NCBI GenBank assembly: GCA_021735685.1
Contig: JAIPGN010000003.1
Span: 1,269 to 65,268, forward strand
Length of the DNA: 64,000 nucleotides
Source of the DNA: Patescibacteria group bacterium
GTDB lineage: Bacteria; Patescibacteriota; Patescibacteriia; UBA2591; UBA6264
Direction: 5' to 3'
Shown here: positions 48,042-58,979 of the stretch, piece after piece
Numbering within the stretch: the stretch's first letter is position 1
Layout of the letters: each line of letters begins with the position of its first letter
Notes under the pieces: generated by a model
Database searches by the model: none
What the model was told of the DNA's origin: nothing
Seen by the model: the letters and a program-made list of their open reading frames with translations, nothing else
Translations under genes and position numbers: made by a program

Positions 48042-48722
48042 TTAAGATACAATAATCTTAATAGCTGGACCCATAGTAGAAGAAACAAAAACATTCTTAA
48101 TAAAATTGCCCTTAATTCCAGCAGGTCTTTTTTTCTTAATCTCGTTTAAATAAGCTTCAATATTTTCTTTAATCTTTTTTTGATCCCAAGACACTTTAGC
48201 CAAGGCTTGATGCAAATTAGCTCCAGCATCATTCTTAAAAGCAATCTTACCGGAACGTAAACTTTTAATAATATCTTCAATGTCTTCACCAATAGTTTCG
48301 GTTTTGGGCGAAGGCATCAATCCCTGCGGCCCCAAAATTTTAGCAATCTGAGCCAACTCTGACATTAAACCTGGATGAGCTACCACCAAATCAAAAGAAC
48401 AACTTTTTTCTTTTTTAATCTTCTCAATAATCTTAGCTCCTCCCGCTAAATCGGCTCCAGCTTTTTTGGCCACAGCTTCTTGATCTGGGGGAACAATAGC
48501 TAAAATCTTTCTCTTTTTTGCTCCTCCGTGAGGCAAAACAACAGCTCCCCGTACCTGTTGTTCTGTTTTTCGTGGATTAGTGCCAAGCTGAACGTGCAAC
48601 TCTATGGTTTCATCAAATTGAGAAGAAGTATTAGCCTTAACTATCTCAATAGCTTCATCTAAAGAATATTTTTTATCTTGATCTATTTTTGACCTGACCT
48701 CTTGGTATCTTTTGCTGCGCAT
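48042..48722 (-). CDS. rplA: 50S ribosomal protein L1
   Basis: Typical L1 sequence (GTNPRKTEQQVRGAVVLPHG). Confidence 0.9.
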   Translation of the reverse strand: MRSKRYQEVRSKIDQDKKYSLDEAIEIVKANTSSQFDETIELHVQLGTNPRKTEQQVRGAVVLPHGGAKKRKILAIVPPDQEAVAKKAGADLAGGAKIIEKIKKEKSCSFDLVVAHPGLMSELAQIAKILGPQGLMPSPKTETIGEDIEDIIKSLRSGKIAFKNDAGANLHQALAKVSWDQKKIKENIEAYLNEIKKKRPAGIKGNFIKNVFVSSTMGPAIKIIVS

Positions 48723-48748
48723 AGAAAAAACTTAATAATTTTAATTAA

Positions 48749-49171
48749 TTAATCTTTAACCTTAACTCCCATTTGACGAGCAGTGCCCTCAATAATTTTA
48801 GCTGCCTGCTCTACATCTTCAGTGTTTAAATCTGGCATTTTTAATTTAGCAATTTCTTTAATTTTGGTTTTGGATATCTCTCCTACTTTTTCTTTTAAGG
48901 GATTGCCAGATCCTTTATCTAAATTAATAGCTTTCTTAATTAAATCTACCGTCAAAGGCCTTTTTAGACGAAAGGTATAACTACGATCTTCATAAACCGT
49001 AATTTCAGTAGGCAAAACATAACCCTCCTGGCCCTTGCTTTCTTCGTTAAATTTTTGGCAAAATTCAGCAATATTTAAACCATGCTGTCCTAAAGCTGGA
49101 CCTACCGGTGGAGCAGGATTTGCTTTCCCTGCTGGAATTTGTAATTTAATAACAGTAGCTACTTTTTTCAT
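48749..49171 (-). CDS. rplK: 50S ribosomal protein L11
   Basis: [26 protein letters not shown]. Confidence 0.9.
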   Translation of the reverse strand: MKKVATVIKLQIPAGKANPAPPVGPALGQHGLNIAEFCQKFNEESKGQEGYVLPTEITVYEDRSYTFRLKRPLTVDLIKKAINLDKGSGNPLKEKVGEISKTKIKEIAKLKMPDLNTEDVEQAAKIIEGTARQMGVKVKD

Positions 49172-49183
49172 ATATTTAAAAAG

Positions 49184-49729
49184 TTACAATTTCTTAATTT
49201 GCAAAAAATCAAGTTCGGCCGGAGTTTCTCTACCAAAGACAGAAATTAAAATCTTTACCCTTCCTCTTCCTTCATCAATTGAGGAAACTTTACCCTCAAA
49301 ACCCTTAAAGGGTCCGTCAATAACTTTAACCGGCTCATCAACTTTAATATCAATTTTATACTTGGGTTCCTCCACTCCCATTCTTTTTTTAATATTTTTA
49401 ATTTCATTTTCTTCTAAAGGAATTGGTGTAGTACCAGAACCAATAAAACCGGTAACATTAGGAGTGTTTCTCACAACATACCAAGAATCATCAGTGACAA
49501 CCATATCAACAATTACGTAACCTGGAAAAATTTTCTCTACCACTATTTTTCTTTTTCCATTTCTAATCTTAATTCTTTTCTCTGTGGGAACCAGAACATC
49601 AAAAATCTTATCCGACATTCGCATCGATTCAATTCTTTGCCGTAAACTGTCGGCAACATTCTCTTCGTAACCAGAATAGACATGAATCGCATACCAACGG
49701 CGACCCTCGTCTTGGGTTTGTTTAGGCAT
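49184..49729 (-). CDS. nusG: transcription termination/antitermination factor NusG
   Basis: WYAIHVYSGYE, with a KOW domain at the C-terminus. Confidence 0.9.
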   Translation of the reverse strand: MPKQTQDEGRRWYAIHVYSGYEENVADSLRQRIESMRMSDKIFDVLVPTEKRIKIRNGKRKIVVEKIFPGYVIVDMVVTDDSWYVVRNTPNVTGFIGSGTTPIPLEENEIKNIKKRMGVEEPKYKIDIKVDEPVKVIDGPFKGFEGKVSSIDEGRGRVKILISVFGRETPAELDFLQIKKL

Positions 49730-49867
49730 ATAAACGTTTCACTTAATTTCTAATATCTAATTCCTAATTTCTAACATTTAAAACTGTTTAGAATTTTGGA
49801 TTTAAGTCATTTGAATTTGTTTCGTATTTAGGATTTCGTATTTAGAATTTCTATTGCAAAACAATAG

Positions 49868-50065
49868 TTATATTACTAATTGCAAAATTTGCGTTAAGAA
49901 AAAATCAACAATCCCTAAAAAAAGAGCCACTCCCAAACTAATGCCAATCACTAAAGCTGTATTATTAACCGTTTCCTTTTTAGTGGGCCAATTAACTCTC
50001 TTTAATTCCCTTGCTGAATTTTTAAAATAATTAGTTAATTTCTGGGCCATATATTTTTTCTTCAA
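49868..50065 (-). CDS. secE: preprotein translocase subunit SecE
   Basis: 65 aa. ELKRVNWPTKKE followed by a single TM. Confidence 0.75.
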   Translation of the reverse strand: MKKKYMAQKLTNYFKNSARELKRVNWPTKKETVNNTALVIGISLGVALFLGIVDFFLTQILQLVI

Positions 50066-50135
50066 AGTTTAATTAGGCTTGATCTTAACACACCTTAGAG
50101 AAATAAGCAAGCCTTAAATATTTTTTATTTTTAAT

Positions 50136-52232
<2,097 letters not shown>

Positions 52233-52355
52233 TCAATCTTATTTTATTATAACAAAAATAAAGGAAAGAGCAAGTTAAAAATAAGCTTTATTTTAGCACT
52301 CCAATCAATAAAAAAAAGAGATTTTTCTCTTTTTTAAAAATACTTAAAGCTAAAT

Positions 52356-53681
52356 TTAATCTTCCGAAACAGCTTCTTCTGTTTCTCTCTCACCCCTCAA
52401 GATAACATTAAATTCTGTTTCCTCGCCTTCTCTCAAAACCACTAAATTAATCTCTTCTCCTGGCAACTTTTCCTGTACCAAGTAAGTCAATTCTTGTTTT
52501 CCTGCCAAAATAATTTGATCCGCCCTGATAATCACATCTGCGTTTTTGATTCCAGCCAAATCAGCTGGACTTTCTGGCAAAGGATCGCCATAAACAATTG
52601 ATCCATAATTCAAATCTTGAAAATAAGAATTCAATAACCCCGGAGCTTCCTCAATCTTAATATAATCAATTCCTAAATAAGTCTTTTGAATTTCTTCTCC
52701 TTGGGCTAAATAATGTTGTACTCGTCCCAAATGCCAAGTCGGAACCAAAGATTCATTAGAAATTAAACCAATTAAACTTCCCCTTTGGTCAAAAACTAAA
52801 CCATTAGGAAAAGAAAGAATAGAAATATCTCTATTTAGACGCAAATAATCCGAAAAATAATCAGTTGAACGCACCAAATCAGCAGTTTGGTAAATCCGCC
52901 GAGCTCGAGGATTACTTACTTCAGTTAAATGCAAATTATTAAATTTATCAAAGATTAAAACCTCTGCTCCCGAAAAAATATCCTGACCTTTGTTTAATTC
53001 TAAAACTACTGGATGCGAATGATTAATTTTCAAAAAATTAACCTTATTTTCTTCATAAGTCCTGAATTCTTCTACAGGAAAAACTTCATTATTTTTATCT
53101 AACACTACATAGCTTTCCTCTTCTTTTAAATCGGCCGTGGTGATCAGCCAGCCCTCTTCGCTAATCATCGCTCCTATCCCTAAAACTTGCCAAGGTGCAT
53201 AGATCTGCTCCAAAAAGCCAAGACTTAATTGATCATCAGCAACATCTTTGGCTAAAAAAATTCTCAACAAGCCAGCTGAAATATTTTCTTCCAAATCTTG
53301 AATGTAATCCTCAGCCATAATTGTGATTTGTTCGCTTTTTTCCTCTTTTTCTTCGGAAACAGGGAAAAATTCCTCAATACTTATCGTCAAACCCCCTGGT
53401 AAATCTATTTTTTTTTGGCGAAAAATAAATACAGATCCAGCCAATCCCGCCAAAAAACCAAAAATAATAATTATAATCAAAAATTTTAACCAGCTAAAAG
53501 CCTTTATCGAGGGACGATTAATAGAAGAATATTTAGGATTACTATAAAATTCATCAATATGTTCTTTGGTCTCGGCCTGTTTATTCTCTAAGAATTGAGA
53601 ACGATCACTTTTCTTTACCCTTACCTCTTCATGTTCCTTATCTTCAACATTAACCACAACCTTATTTTTTTTAGAAGCCAT
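52356..53681 (-). CDS. membrane-anchored protein with a degenerate trypsin-like region and a C-terminal PDZ-like domain
   Basis: N-terminal basic region and TM. A PDZ-like stretch, SIVYGDPLPESPADLAGIKNADVIIRADQIILAG. The HtrA-like catalytic motifs are not conserved. Confidence 0.4.
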   Translation of the reverse strand: MASKKNKVVVNVEDKEHEEVRVKKSDRSQFLENKQAETKEHIDEFYSNPKYSSINRPSIKAFSWLKFLIIIIIFGFLAGLAGSVFIFRQKKIDLPGGLTISIEEFFPVSEEKEEKSEQITIMAEDYIQDLEENISAGLLRIFLAKDVADDQLSLGFLEQIYAPWQVLGIGAMISEEGWLITTADLKEEESYVVLDKNNEVFPVEEFRTYEENKVNFLKINHSHPVVLELNKGQDIFSGAEVLIFDKFNNLHLTEVSNPRARRIYQTADLVRSTDYFSDYLRLNRDISILSFPNGLVFDQRGSLIGLISNESLVPTWHLGRVQHYLAQGEEIQKTYLGIDYIKIEEAPGLLNSYFQDLNYGSIVYGDPLPESPADLAGIKNADVIIRADQIILAGKQELTYLVQEKLPGEEINLVVLREGEETEFNVILRGERETEEAVSED

Positions 53682-53683
53682 AT

Positions 53684-54340
53684 TTAAACTTTAGTCTTAA
53701 ATAAATTAAAATAAACGTTAAGAAAAAGAGAAAAAAAAGAAATTATTAAAGCATTGAAAAAATTACCCCAAGGCAAAAGATCTAAACAAATATAAATTTC
53801 AATTAAAATTAAAGAAAGGATTAAAATCCTGTTTCTCGGCATTGGCTGCGAAGAAAAAAATAGAAAAGGATAGAGATGAAGCCAAACAAAAATTAGGACT
53901 AAAATTAAATAAGACCAGCTTTCTTCTCCCCAAAAGCCGATTATTGAACAAATCCAATAAATTAAAACAAAATTCAACCAAATACTTATCTCTTGAATTT
54001 GGAAAGGACGATAAAGACGGGGTTGATAAAAAAAACGACCGAAGGTCAAAAAAAGAACAAAAATTATGAAAACAAAAAGCAAAACAAAGGCTAAGGTCCA
54101 AGCGAAAGATTCTAAGAGTAAAAAAAATAACAATCCACTTGAACTGCAAACCAAGACTTGTAGAAAAAAGGGCCAACGTTTTTTAAAATTTCCTTTAGCC
54201 AAAATAAAAGCCCCGCCCCCTAAGAGCAAAAAAAGCAAAGGATAAATAATTTTTAACCAAAATGTATTTTCGGGCCGTAAGGCAAAAACGAGAAGAAAAA
54301 AAGAACAAATTGGTAAATAAAGATAAAATTTTGATTTCAT
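53684..54340 (-). CDS. hypothetical polytopic membrane protein
   Basis: About 6 TM. Its start overlaps the stop of the upstream gene. Confidence 0.3.
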   Translation of the reverse strand: MKSKFYLYLPICSFFLLVFALRPENTFWLKIIYPLLFLLLGGGAFILAKGNFKKRWPFFLQVLVCSSSGLLFFLLLESFAWTLAFVLLFVFIIFVLFLTFGRFFYQPRLYRPFQIQEISIWLNFVLIYWICSIIGFWGEESWSYLILVLIFVWLHLYPFLFFSSQPMPRNRILILSLILIEIYICLDLLPWGNFFNALIISFFSLFLNVYFNLFKTKV

Positions 54341-54693
54341 TATTTAATACCCATAGTTTCCGGAAGCACTTCCTCCCAATCGTCCTGAGCGCTTCTTCTT
54401 TGATAAATCTTGAATTTAAGAATTTGATCTTGGTCAGAATAAACATAATCAACAGCCACCCTTCCTCCTACTCGACGACTACTTAAAACCTTTTTACTGA
54501 CCACTTTTGGTTGGCTTACTTTTTCTAACTTCATTTTCCCTAAAGGGCCCCTAAACTCAATTACTTCCCTTTGCCCTTTAATTTTTTGACCATCACTGGT
54601 TTCCGTTACCTCAAATTCTTCTTGATATTTACGATCAATTCCAAAATTCTCCTCTACTTTGAAAATTAAATTTTCCCATTTTTGTAGATTCAT
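54340..54693 (-). CDS. hypothetical protein
   Basis: ORF only. Confidence 0.3.
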   Translation of the reverse strand: MNLQKWENLIFKVEENFGIDRKYQEEFEVTETSDGQKIKGQREVIEFRGPLGKMKLEKVSQPKVVSKKVLSSRRVGGRVAVDYVYSDQDQILKFKIYQRRSAQDDWEEVLPETMGIK

Positions 54694-54702
54694 ATCAATA
54701 TT

Positions 54703-55233
54703 TTAACTCTTTTGAGAGAAAATACAACCGCAATAATTTTGACGATAAAAATTATATTTTTTTCCCAATGCTACACTTTTCTTAAAACCATCTTTCTTTT
54801 TAAAATCATCTTCCCAAAAAGGCAAATCGTATTTTTGAGCTAAAGAACTACCTAAGGCATTAATCACTTGAGCATTTTTTTGTGGCCCAGTAGTTAAGGT
54901 TGTAGACCAATAATCAAACTTATTTTCCTTAGCTTTTTCGGCCGTTTTTTTTAAACGATCTTGAAAACAAAACCAACACCTTTTTCCTCCTTCTGGTTCC
55001 TTTTCCAAGCCTCGCATTTTTTGTCGCCAAAGCTCCTCTCTCCCTTTAACCTCTAACCAATTCTTTTTGTAAATATCAGCTAACCTAAGAGCGTCTTTTC
55101 TTCGTCTTTGCTCTTCTTCTTTAGGGTAAATGTTAGGATTGTACCAGAACAAAGAAACCTCAAAGCGATTCCCCAATTTTTCCAGAGCAGCAATTCCACA
55201 AGAAGCGCAACAAAGATGAAGAAGTAATTTCAT
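54703..55233 (-). CDS. queH: epoxyqueuosine reductase QueH (DUF208) family
   Basis: MKLLLHLCCASCG N-terminal Cys motif. CGCIFS near the C-terminus. Confidence 0.6.
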   Translation of the reverse strand: MKLLLHLCCASCGIAALEKLGNRFEVSLFWYNPNIYPKEEEQRRRKDALRLADIYKKNWLEVKGREELWRQKMRGLEKEPEGGKRCWFCFQDRLKKTAEKAKENKFDYWSTTLTTGPQKNAQVINALGSSLAQKYDLPFWEDDFKKKDGFKKSVALGKKYNFYRQNYCGCIFSQKS

Positions 55234-55238
55234 ATTTA

Positions 55239-56396
55239 TTAAAAAATATTAATAAATAAACTAAAAACAGCGGCCATAGGAAAAGCCACTTTAAGGCCCA
55301 CTATTGCCACCAAGGCTAATAAAACTAAACCCATAGCAGCTCGACCGAAATTAGAAGAAATTTCCCGCAAAACCGTATATTCATCAACATAACTGCCGTG
55401 ATCAGTAAATTTTTCGTAAGAAAAAGCATCAAAAGGGGTACGAAAAGCAATATAACCCAAACTGTGAAAAGTTCCAGCCACAAAAATCTGAAGAGCGGTA
55501 GCCACAAACATTTTCGCCATCCAGCCAGTCGCATAAATTAAAGAACCCAATTTCATCATTTTCTTCTTAGGTACTTTATCCGTATATCCACCGACCATTA
55601 ACTGACAAATCACCGTACCAATAACCACCAGGGCAGTAACTGCCCCCACTGCCAAATATTGACCGTCTAATAATTGATAAATAAAAATAGGCCAAATGAT
55701 TATCCCCACTAATCCCTGTGCTCCGTCAGCAAAATATGCTGTACGTAAACGTTGATATTTTTTTCGAAAAAGCTCTTTAAATGTTTGCTTATAAGAAAAA
55801 TCAAACTTAATTTCTTGGTGGCTTAATTTCTTGAGGGGAACAACAGAGATCATTAAAATTGCAATTGCTAAAATAAAAAGAATCTCAAAACTACCTTGGG
55901 TAAGCAAAAGTCCAGCTAACAGGGGGGCGCCTACTCCAATTAAGTAGCCCAAAATAGCCAAATAAGCCATTTGACGACCCCGATACTTACCACTAGTGAA
56001 ACGAGCAAACTCTACGTGATAAGGAACCCAATAAAGGGTACGAAAAATAACTAGATTAAGGTTAGCTAAAACTGCAAAAAGCAAAGGATTATGACGCAAA
56101 AAATAAAGGCAAGCGTAAAAAAGAACATTAAAAAAACGTGCCAGAATCATTACTTTTTTTGAGCCCACTCTTTGCATCAACATTGCCCCCAAGGGCGCAG
56201 TTAAAGCATAAAGAAAATAACCAGATAAATAAAAAACAATCACCCAATAGACTGAGTTGTTAAATTCTTGTAATAAAAAAATAGGCAAGAAAAGACCAAA
56301 CATGCCACTAGATAAAGCCACAATGCAATGATGAAGAGAAAGGGCTTTAAAGTCTTTAGATAATTTAATGGACTTAGTTAGATTGAAAATAGACAT
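55239..56396 (-). CDS. MFS transporter
   Basis: 12 TM-like. ORF only. Confidence 0.55.
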   Translation of the reverse strand: MSIFNLTKSIKLSKDFKALSLHHCIVALSSGMFGLFLPIFLLQEFNNSVYWVIVFYLSGYFLYALTAPLGAMLMQRVGSKKVMILARFFNVLFYACLYFLRHNPLLFAVLANLNLVIFRTLYWVPYHVEFARFTSGKYRGRQMAYLAILGYLIGVGAPLLAGLLLTQGSFEILFILAIAILMISVVPLKKLSHQEIKFDFSYKQTFKELFRKKYQRLRTAYFADGAQGLVGIIIWPIFIYQLLDGQYLAVGAVTALVVIGTVICQLMVGGYTDKVPKKKMMKLGSLIYATGWMAKMFVATALQIFVAGTFHSLGYIAFRTPFDAFSYEKFTDHGSYVDEYTVLREISSNFGRAAMGLVLLALVAIVGLKVAFPMAAVFSLFINIF

Positions 56397-56420
56397 CTAT
56401 TCTTTCTAATAAGATTAAAA

Positions 56421-56495
56421 TGGTCGGGGTAGGCGGAATTGAACCGCCGATCTCACCGTCCCGAACGGTGCGCGATACCACTTCGCTATACCCCG
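56421..56495 (-). tRNA. tRNA-Pro (anticodon CGG), C1:G72, CCA encoded
   Basis: Reverse complement: CGGGGTATAGCGAAGTGGTATCGCGCACCGTTCGGGACGGTGAGATCGGCGGTTCAATTCCGCCTACCCCGACCA. Discriminator A. Confidence 0.8.
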
Positions 56496-56502
56496 ATTTT
56501 TT

Positions 56503-56574
56503 CTAAAAAAAATGGGCTCGAATGGTTTCGAACCATCGACCTTCCGCATGTGAAGCGGACGCTCTACCCCTGAG
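56503..56574 (-). tRNA. tRNA-Val (anticodon CAC), CCA not encoded
   Basis: Reverse complement: GGGCTCGTAGCTCAGGGGTAGAGCGTCCGCTTCACATGCGGAAGGTCGATGGTTCGAAACCATTCGAGCCCA. The 5' end is 16 nt after the pilC stop. Confidence 0.75.
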
Positions 56575-56589
56575 CTACGAGCCCTTAAA

Positions 56590-57801
56590 TTAAAAAGCAG
56601 AAGAAAGTTGATACATCGGCAACAGGATAGAAGCAGCCATACCAGCGACAACTAAACCTAAGAAAATAATAATAATTGGTTCCAATAAAGTCACTAACTT
56701 TCCTAACATGTTTTCTATCTCTCTTGCATAAAAAGCAGAAACCTTTTCTAAAACTTCATCCAATTTTCCGGTTTGTTCTCCTACAATCATTAAACGCGGA
56801 AGCATTACTGGCACAGCCGAATTATCTAAAAACGCTTCACTTACTGAATGGCCTCCCTCCACATCATTAATTGATTGTAAAATAATATTCTTGTAAACCA
56901 CATTACCAACTACATCTGAAACGATTCTTAGAGCGCTGGTTAAAGGAATTCCACCAATCAAAAGCGTGGATAAACTACGAGCAAAACGTACTAAATAAAG
57001 TTTTTGGAAAAGAGCACCAAAAACCGGCAAACGAATCACAACTCTCCCCCAAAAAAGCTGCCCTTCTCTGGTCTTTAAAAGAAATCTTGCCCCTATAGCC
57101 AAAGCTATCAAAAAAAGAATAATATAAATATAAAAAGCTTTCAAGAAATTACTAACTGCAATTAAAATCTTCGTGGGCAAAGGTAATTCCACGCTAGATT
57201 GAGCTAAAATTTCTGTTAATTGTGGAATCACAAAAACCATCATTAAAACCATTACCCCAATAACCGTAGCAATTACAAAAATCGGATAAACCATCGCCCC
57301 CTTAATCTTATTCATCAAATCAAAGTTTTTCTCTTGCTCATCAGCTAAATATCTCAAAACTTCATCTAAATTACCAGCTGTCTCTCCAGCTCGCACCATA
57401 TTAATAAAAAAATCATCAAAGATTTTGGGGTATTTAGCCAAAGAAGAAGAAAAGCGAAGACCACCTTGGACATCTTTGGATATATTCTCAATTATTTTTT
57501 TAAGATAAGCATTGTCGGTCTGATCTTTTAAAACATCTAAAGATTCCACTAAAGGTAAACCTGCGGTTACCATAACTGAGATTTGTCGAGATAAAAAAAC
57601 TAAATCCCGAGGACCAACGCGATTTAAAAAAGGAATATTAATTTCTTTTTTCCAAAATGGTTTTTCGTCCAAATCTTCCAGAGAAAGAACAATCATTTTT
57701 TTCTCACTAAGCAATTTCAGGGCTGCATCCTGACTCATGGCCTCAATAGTACCCTCTACAGTTAAACCTTTTGAATCTTTAGCTTTGTAAGTAAATAACA
57801 T
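56590..57801 (-). CDS. pilC: type IV pilus assembly platform protein PilC (GspF family)
   Basis: Duplicated T2SSF domain with 3 TM. Confidence 0.85.
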   Translation of the reverse strand: MLFTYKAKDSKGLTVEGTIEAMSQDAALKLLSEKKMIVLSLEDLDEKPFWKKEINIPFLNRVGPRDLVFLSRQISVMVTAGLPLVESLDVLKDQTDNAYLKKIIENISKDVQGGLRFSSSLAKYPKIFDDFFINMVRAGETAGNLDEVLRYLADEQEKNFDLMNKIKGAMVYPIFVIATVIGVMVLMMVFVIPQLTEILAQSSVELPLPTKILIAVSNFLKAFYIYIILFLIALAIGARFLLKTREGQLFWGRVVIRLPVFGALFQKLYLVRFARSLSTLLIGGIPLTSALRIVSDVVGNVVYKNIILQSINDVEGGHSVSEAFLDNSAVPVMLPRLMIVGEQTGKLDEVLEKVSAFYAREIENMLGKLVTLLEPIIIIFLGLVVAGMAASILLPMYQLSSAF

Positions 57802-57832
57802 TTTATTTTTTAATTATCAACAATTACTTTCT

Positions 57833-58930
57833 TTATCTCCTGAGAAGCGCTTGAAATAATTCTTTATCCACGCAATATTTTTTCGCATCTTCAGGTTTTA
57901 CCTCTCCAGAAGAAACTAAGTCAGCTAGATATTGATCCATGGAAATTGCTGATTTACCTTCACTAGTTTGCAAAACTCCATTTAATTGATGAAAACGACC
58001 ATTGGCAATAATGGTTTTGATTGCTGAAGTGGCTGACAAAACTTCCACTGCCCTAATGCGTCCACCCCCAATACGAGGAACTAAACGAGAGGAAATAATT
58101 CCCGTCAAATTTTCGCTTAAAAAATAACGAATATTTTCTTCCTGCGAAGAAGGAAAAAAATGAAGAATTCGTTTAATAGTTTTTAAAGATGAGGCCGTGT
58201 CCATGATCGCCAGAACTAAACTACCAGCTTCGGCAATAGCAAAAACCTCTTTAAAGGCTGCGGCTTCTTGCAATCGAGAAAGCATCACAATGTCAGCATT
58301 TCTTTGGCGAATGTAAGATAATCCCTCTAAAAAAGAATTAACATCCTTCCCTACTTCTCTTTGCTCAATCACGCTTTTATTAGAATCAAAAACAGACTTA
58401 ATGGGTTTTTCTAAGGTAGCAATAAACTTATGCTGATTTTTGTTAATATCATCCAATAAAGATAAAAGTAAGGTGGAGCGACCCGAATCTCGCGGGCCAG
58501 TAATAAGAACTAAACCCTTTTGAGCTTGTGATAATTTTCTGATCACTGGAGGCAAACCCAAGCTATCTAACTCTTGAATCTCTTGGGACAATAGCTTAAC
58601 CCGCAAAGCCAAATCTCCCTTCTGAAAATAAATTCCAATTTGAGAATTACCAACCTTCCCAACCTTTCTTACTATTTCAACTTGCTTTTCTTTTTCTAAA
58701 ATTTCTTTTTCATTTTGATTTAAAAAAGAAGAAACAATCTCATTAATTAAAGAAACTGAAGAAATGCTTTCTCCGGGCAAAACTTCCATCTCTCCATCAA
58801 TACGCAAAAAAGGCATTTGAGCGGGTAAAAGATAAATTTCTGAAGCTTTTTTCTCAGCAGCTTTGGCACAAATTCGATTAAAAATAATTTCTATTTTACT
58901 AGACATAAAAACACATTTTAACGGGTTCAA
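57833..58930 (-). CDS. PilT-like protein with degenerate catalytic motifs (probable pseudo-ATPase)
   Basis: PilT N-domain (ASEIYLLPAQMPFLRIDGE). Walker A is GPRDSGRST (Lys to Arg). The Asp box is IATLEKPIK (Glu to Lys). Walker B is DIVMLSRL (Glu to Ser). The His box is AGSLVLAIMDTASSL (His lost). Confidence 0.7.
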   Translation of the reverse strand: MNPLKCVFMSSKIEIIFNRICAKAAEKKASEIYLLPAQMPFLRIDGEMEVLPGESISSVSLINEIVSSFLNQNEKEILEKEKQVEIVRKVGKVGNSQIGIYFQKGDLALRVKLLSQEIQELDSLGLPPVIRKLSQAQKGLVLITGPRDSGRSTLLLSLLDDINKNQHKFIATLEKPIKSVFDSNKSVIEQREVGKDVNSFLEGLSYIRQRNADIVMLSRLQEAAAFKEVFAIAEAGSLVLAIMDTASSLKTIKRILHFFPSSQEENIRYFLSENLTGIISSRLVPRIGGGRIRAVEVLSATSAIKTIIANGRFHQLNGVLQTSEGKSAISMDQYLADLVSSGEVKPEDAKKYCVDKELFQALLRR

Positions 58931-58979
58931 ATCTTAAATAAAATTGTTAAAAAAATTAATAAATAAAAAACCTATTCTA

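Noticed and set aside
53799-54452. Alternative-frame ORFs (125 aa, 85 aa, 75 aa, 74 aa) over the 218-aa membrane gene
   Set aside because: They overlap a plausible 6-TM protein in other frames and have low-complexity composition.
56415-56651. 78-aa minus-strand ORF
   Set aside because: Covers tRNA-Pro and tRNA-Val on the same strand. Spurious.
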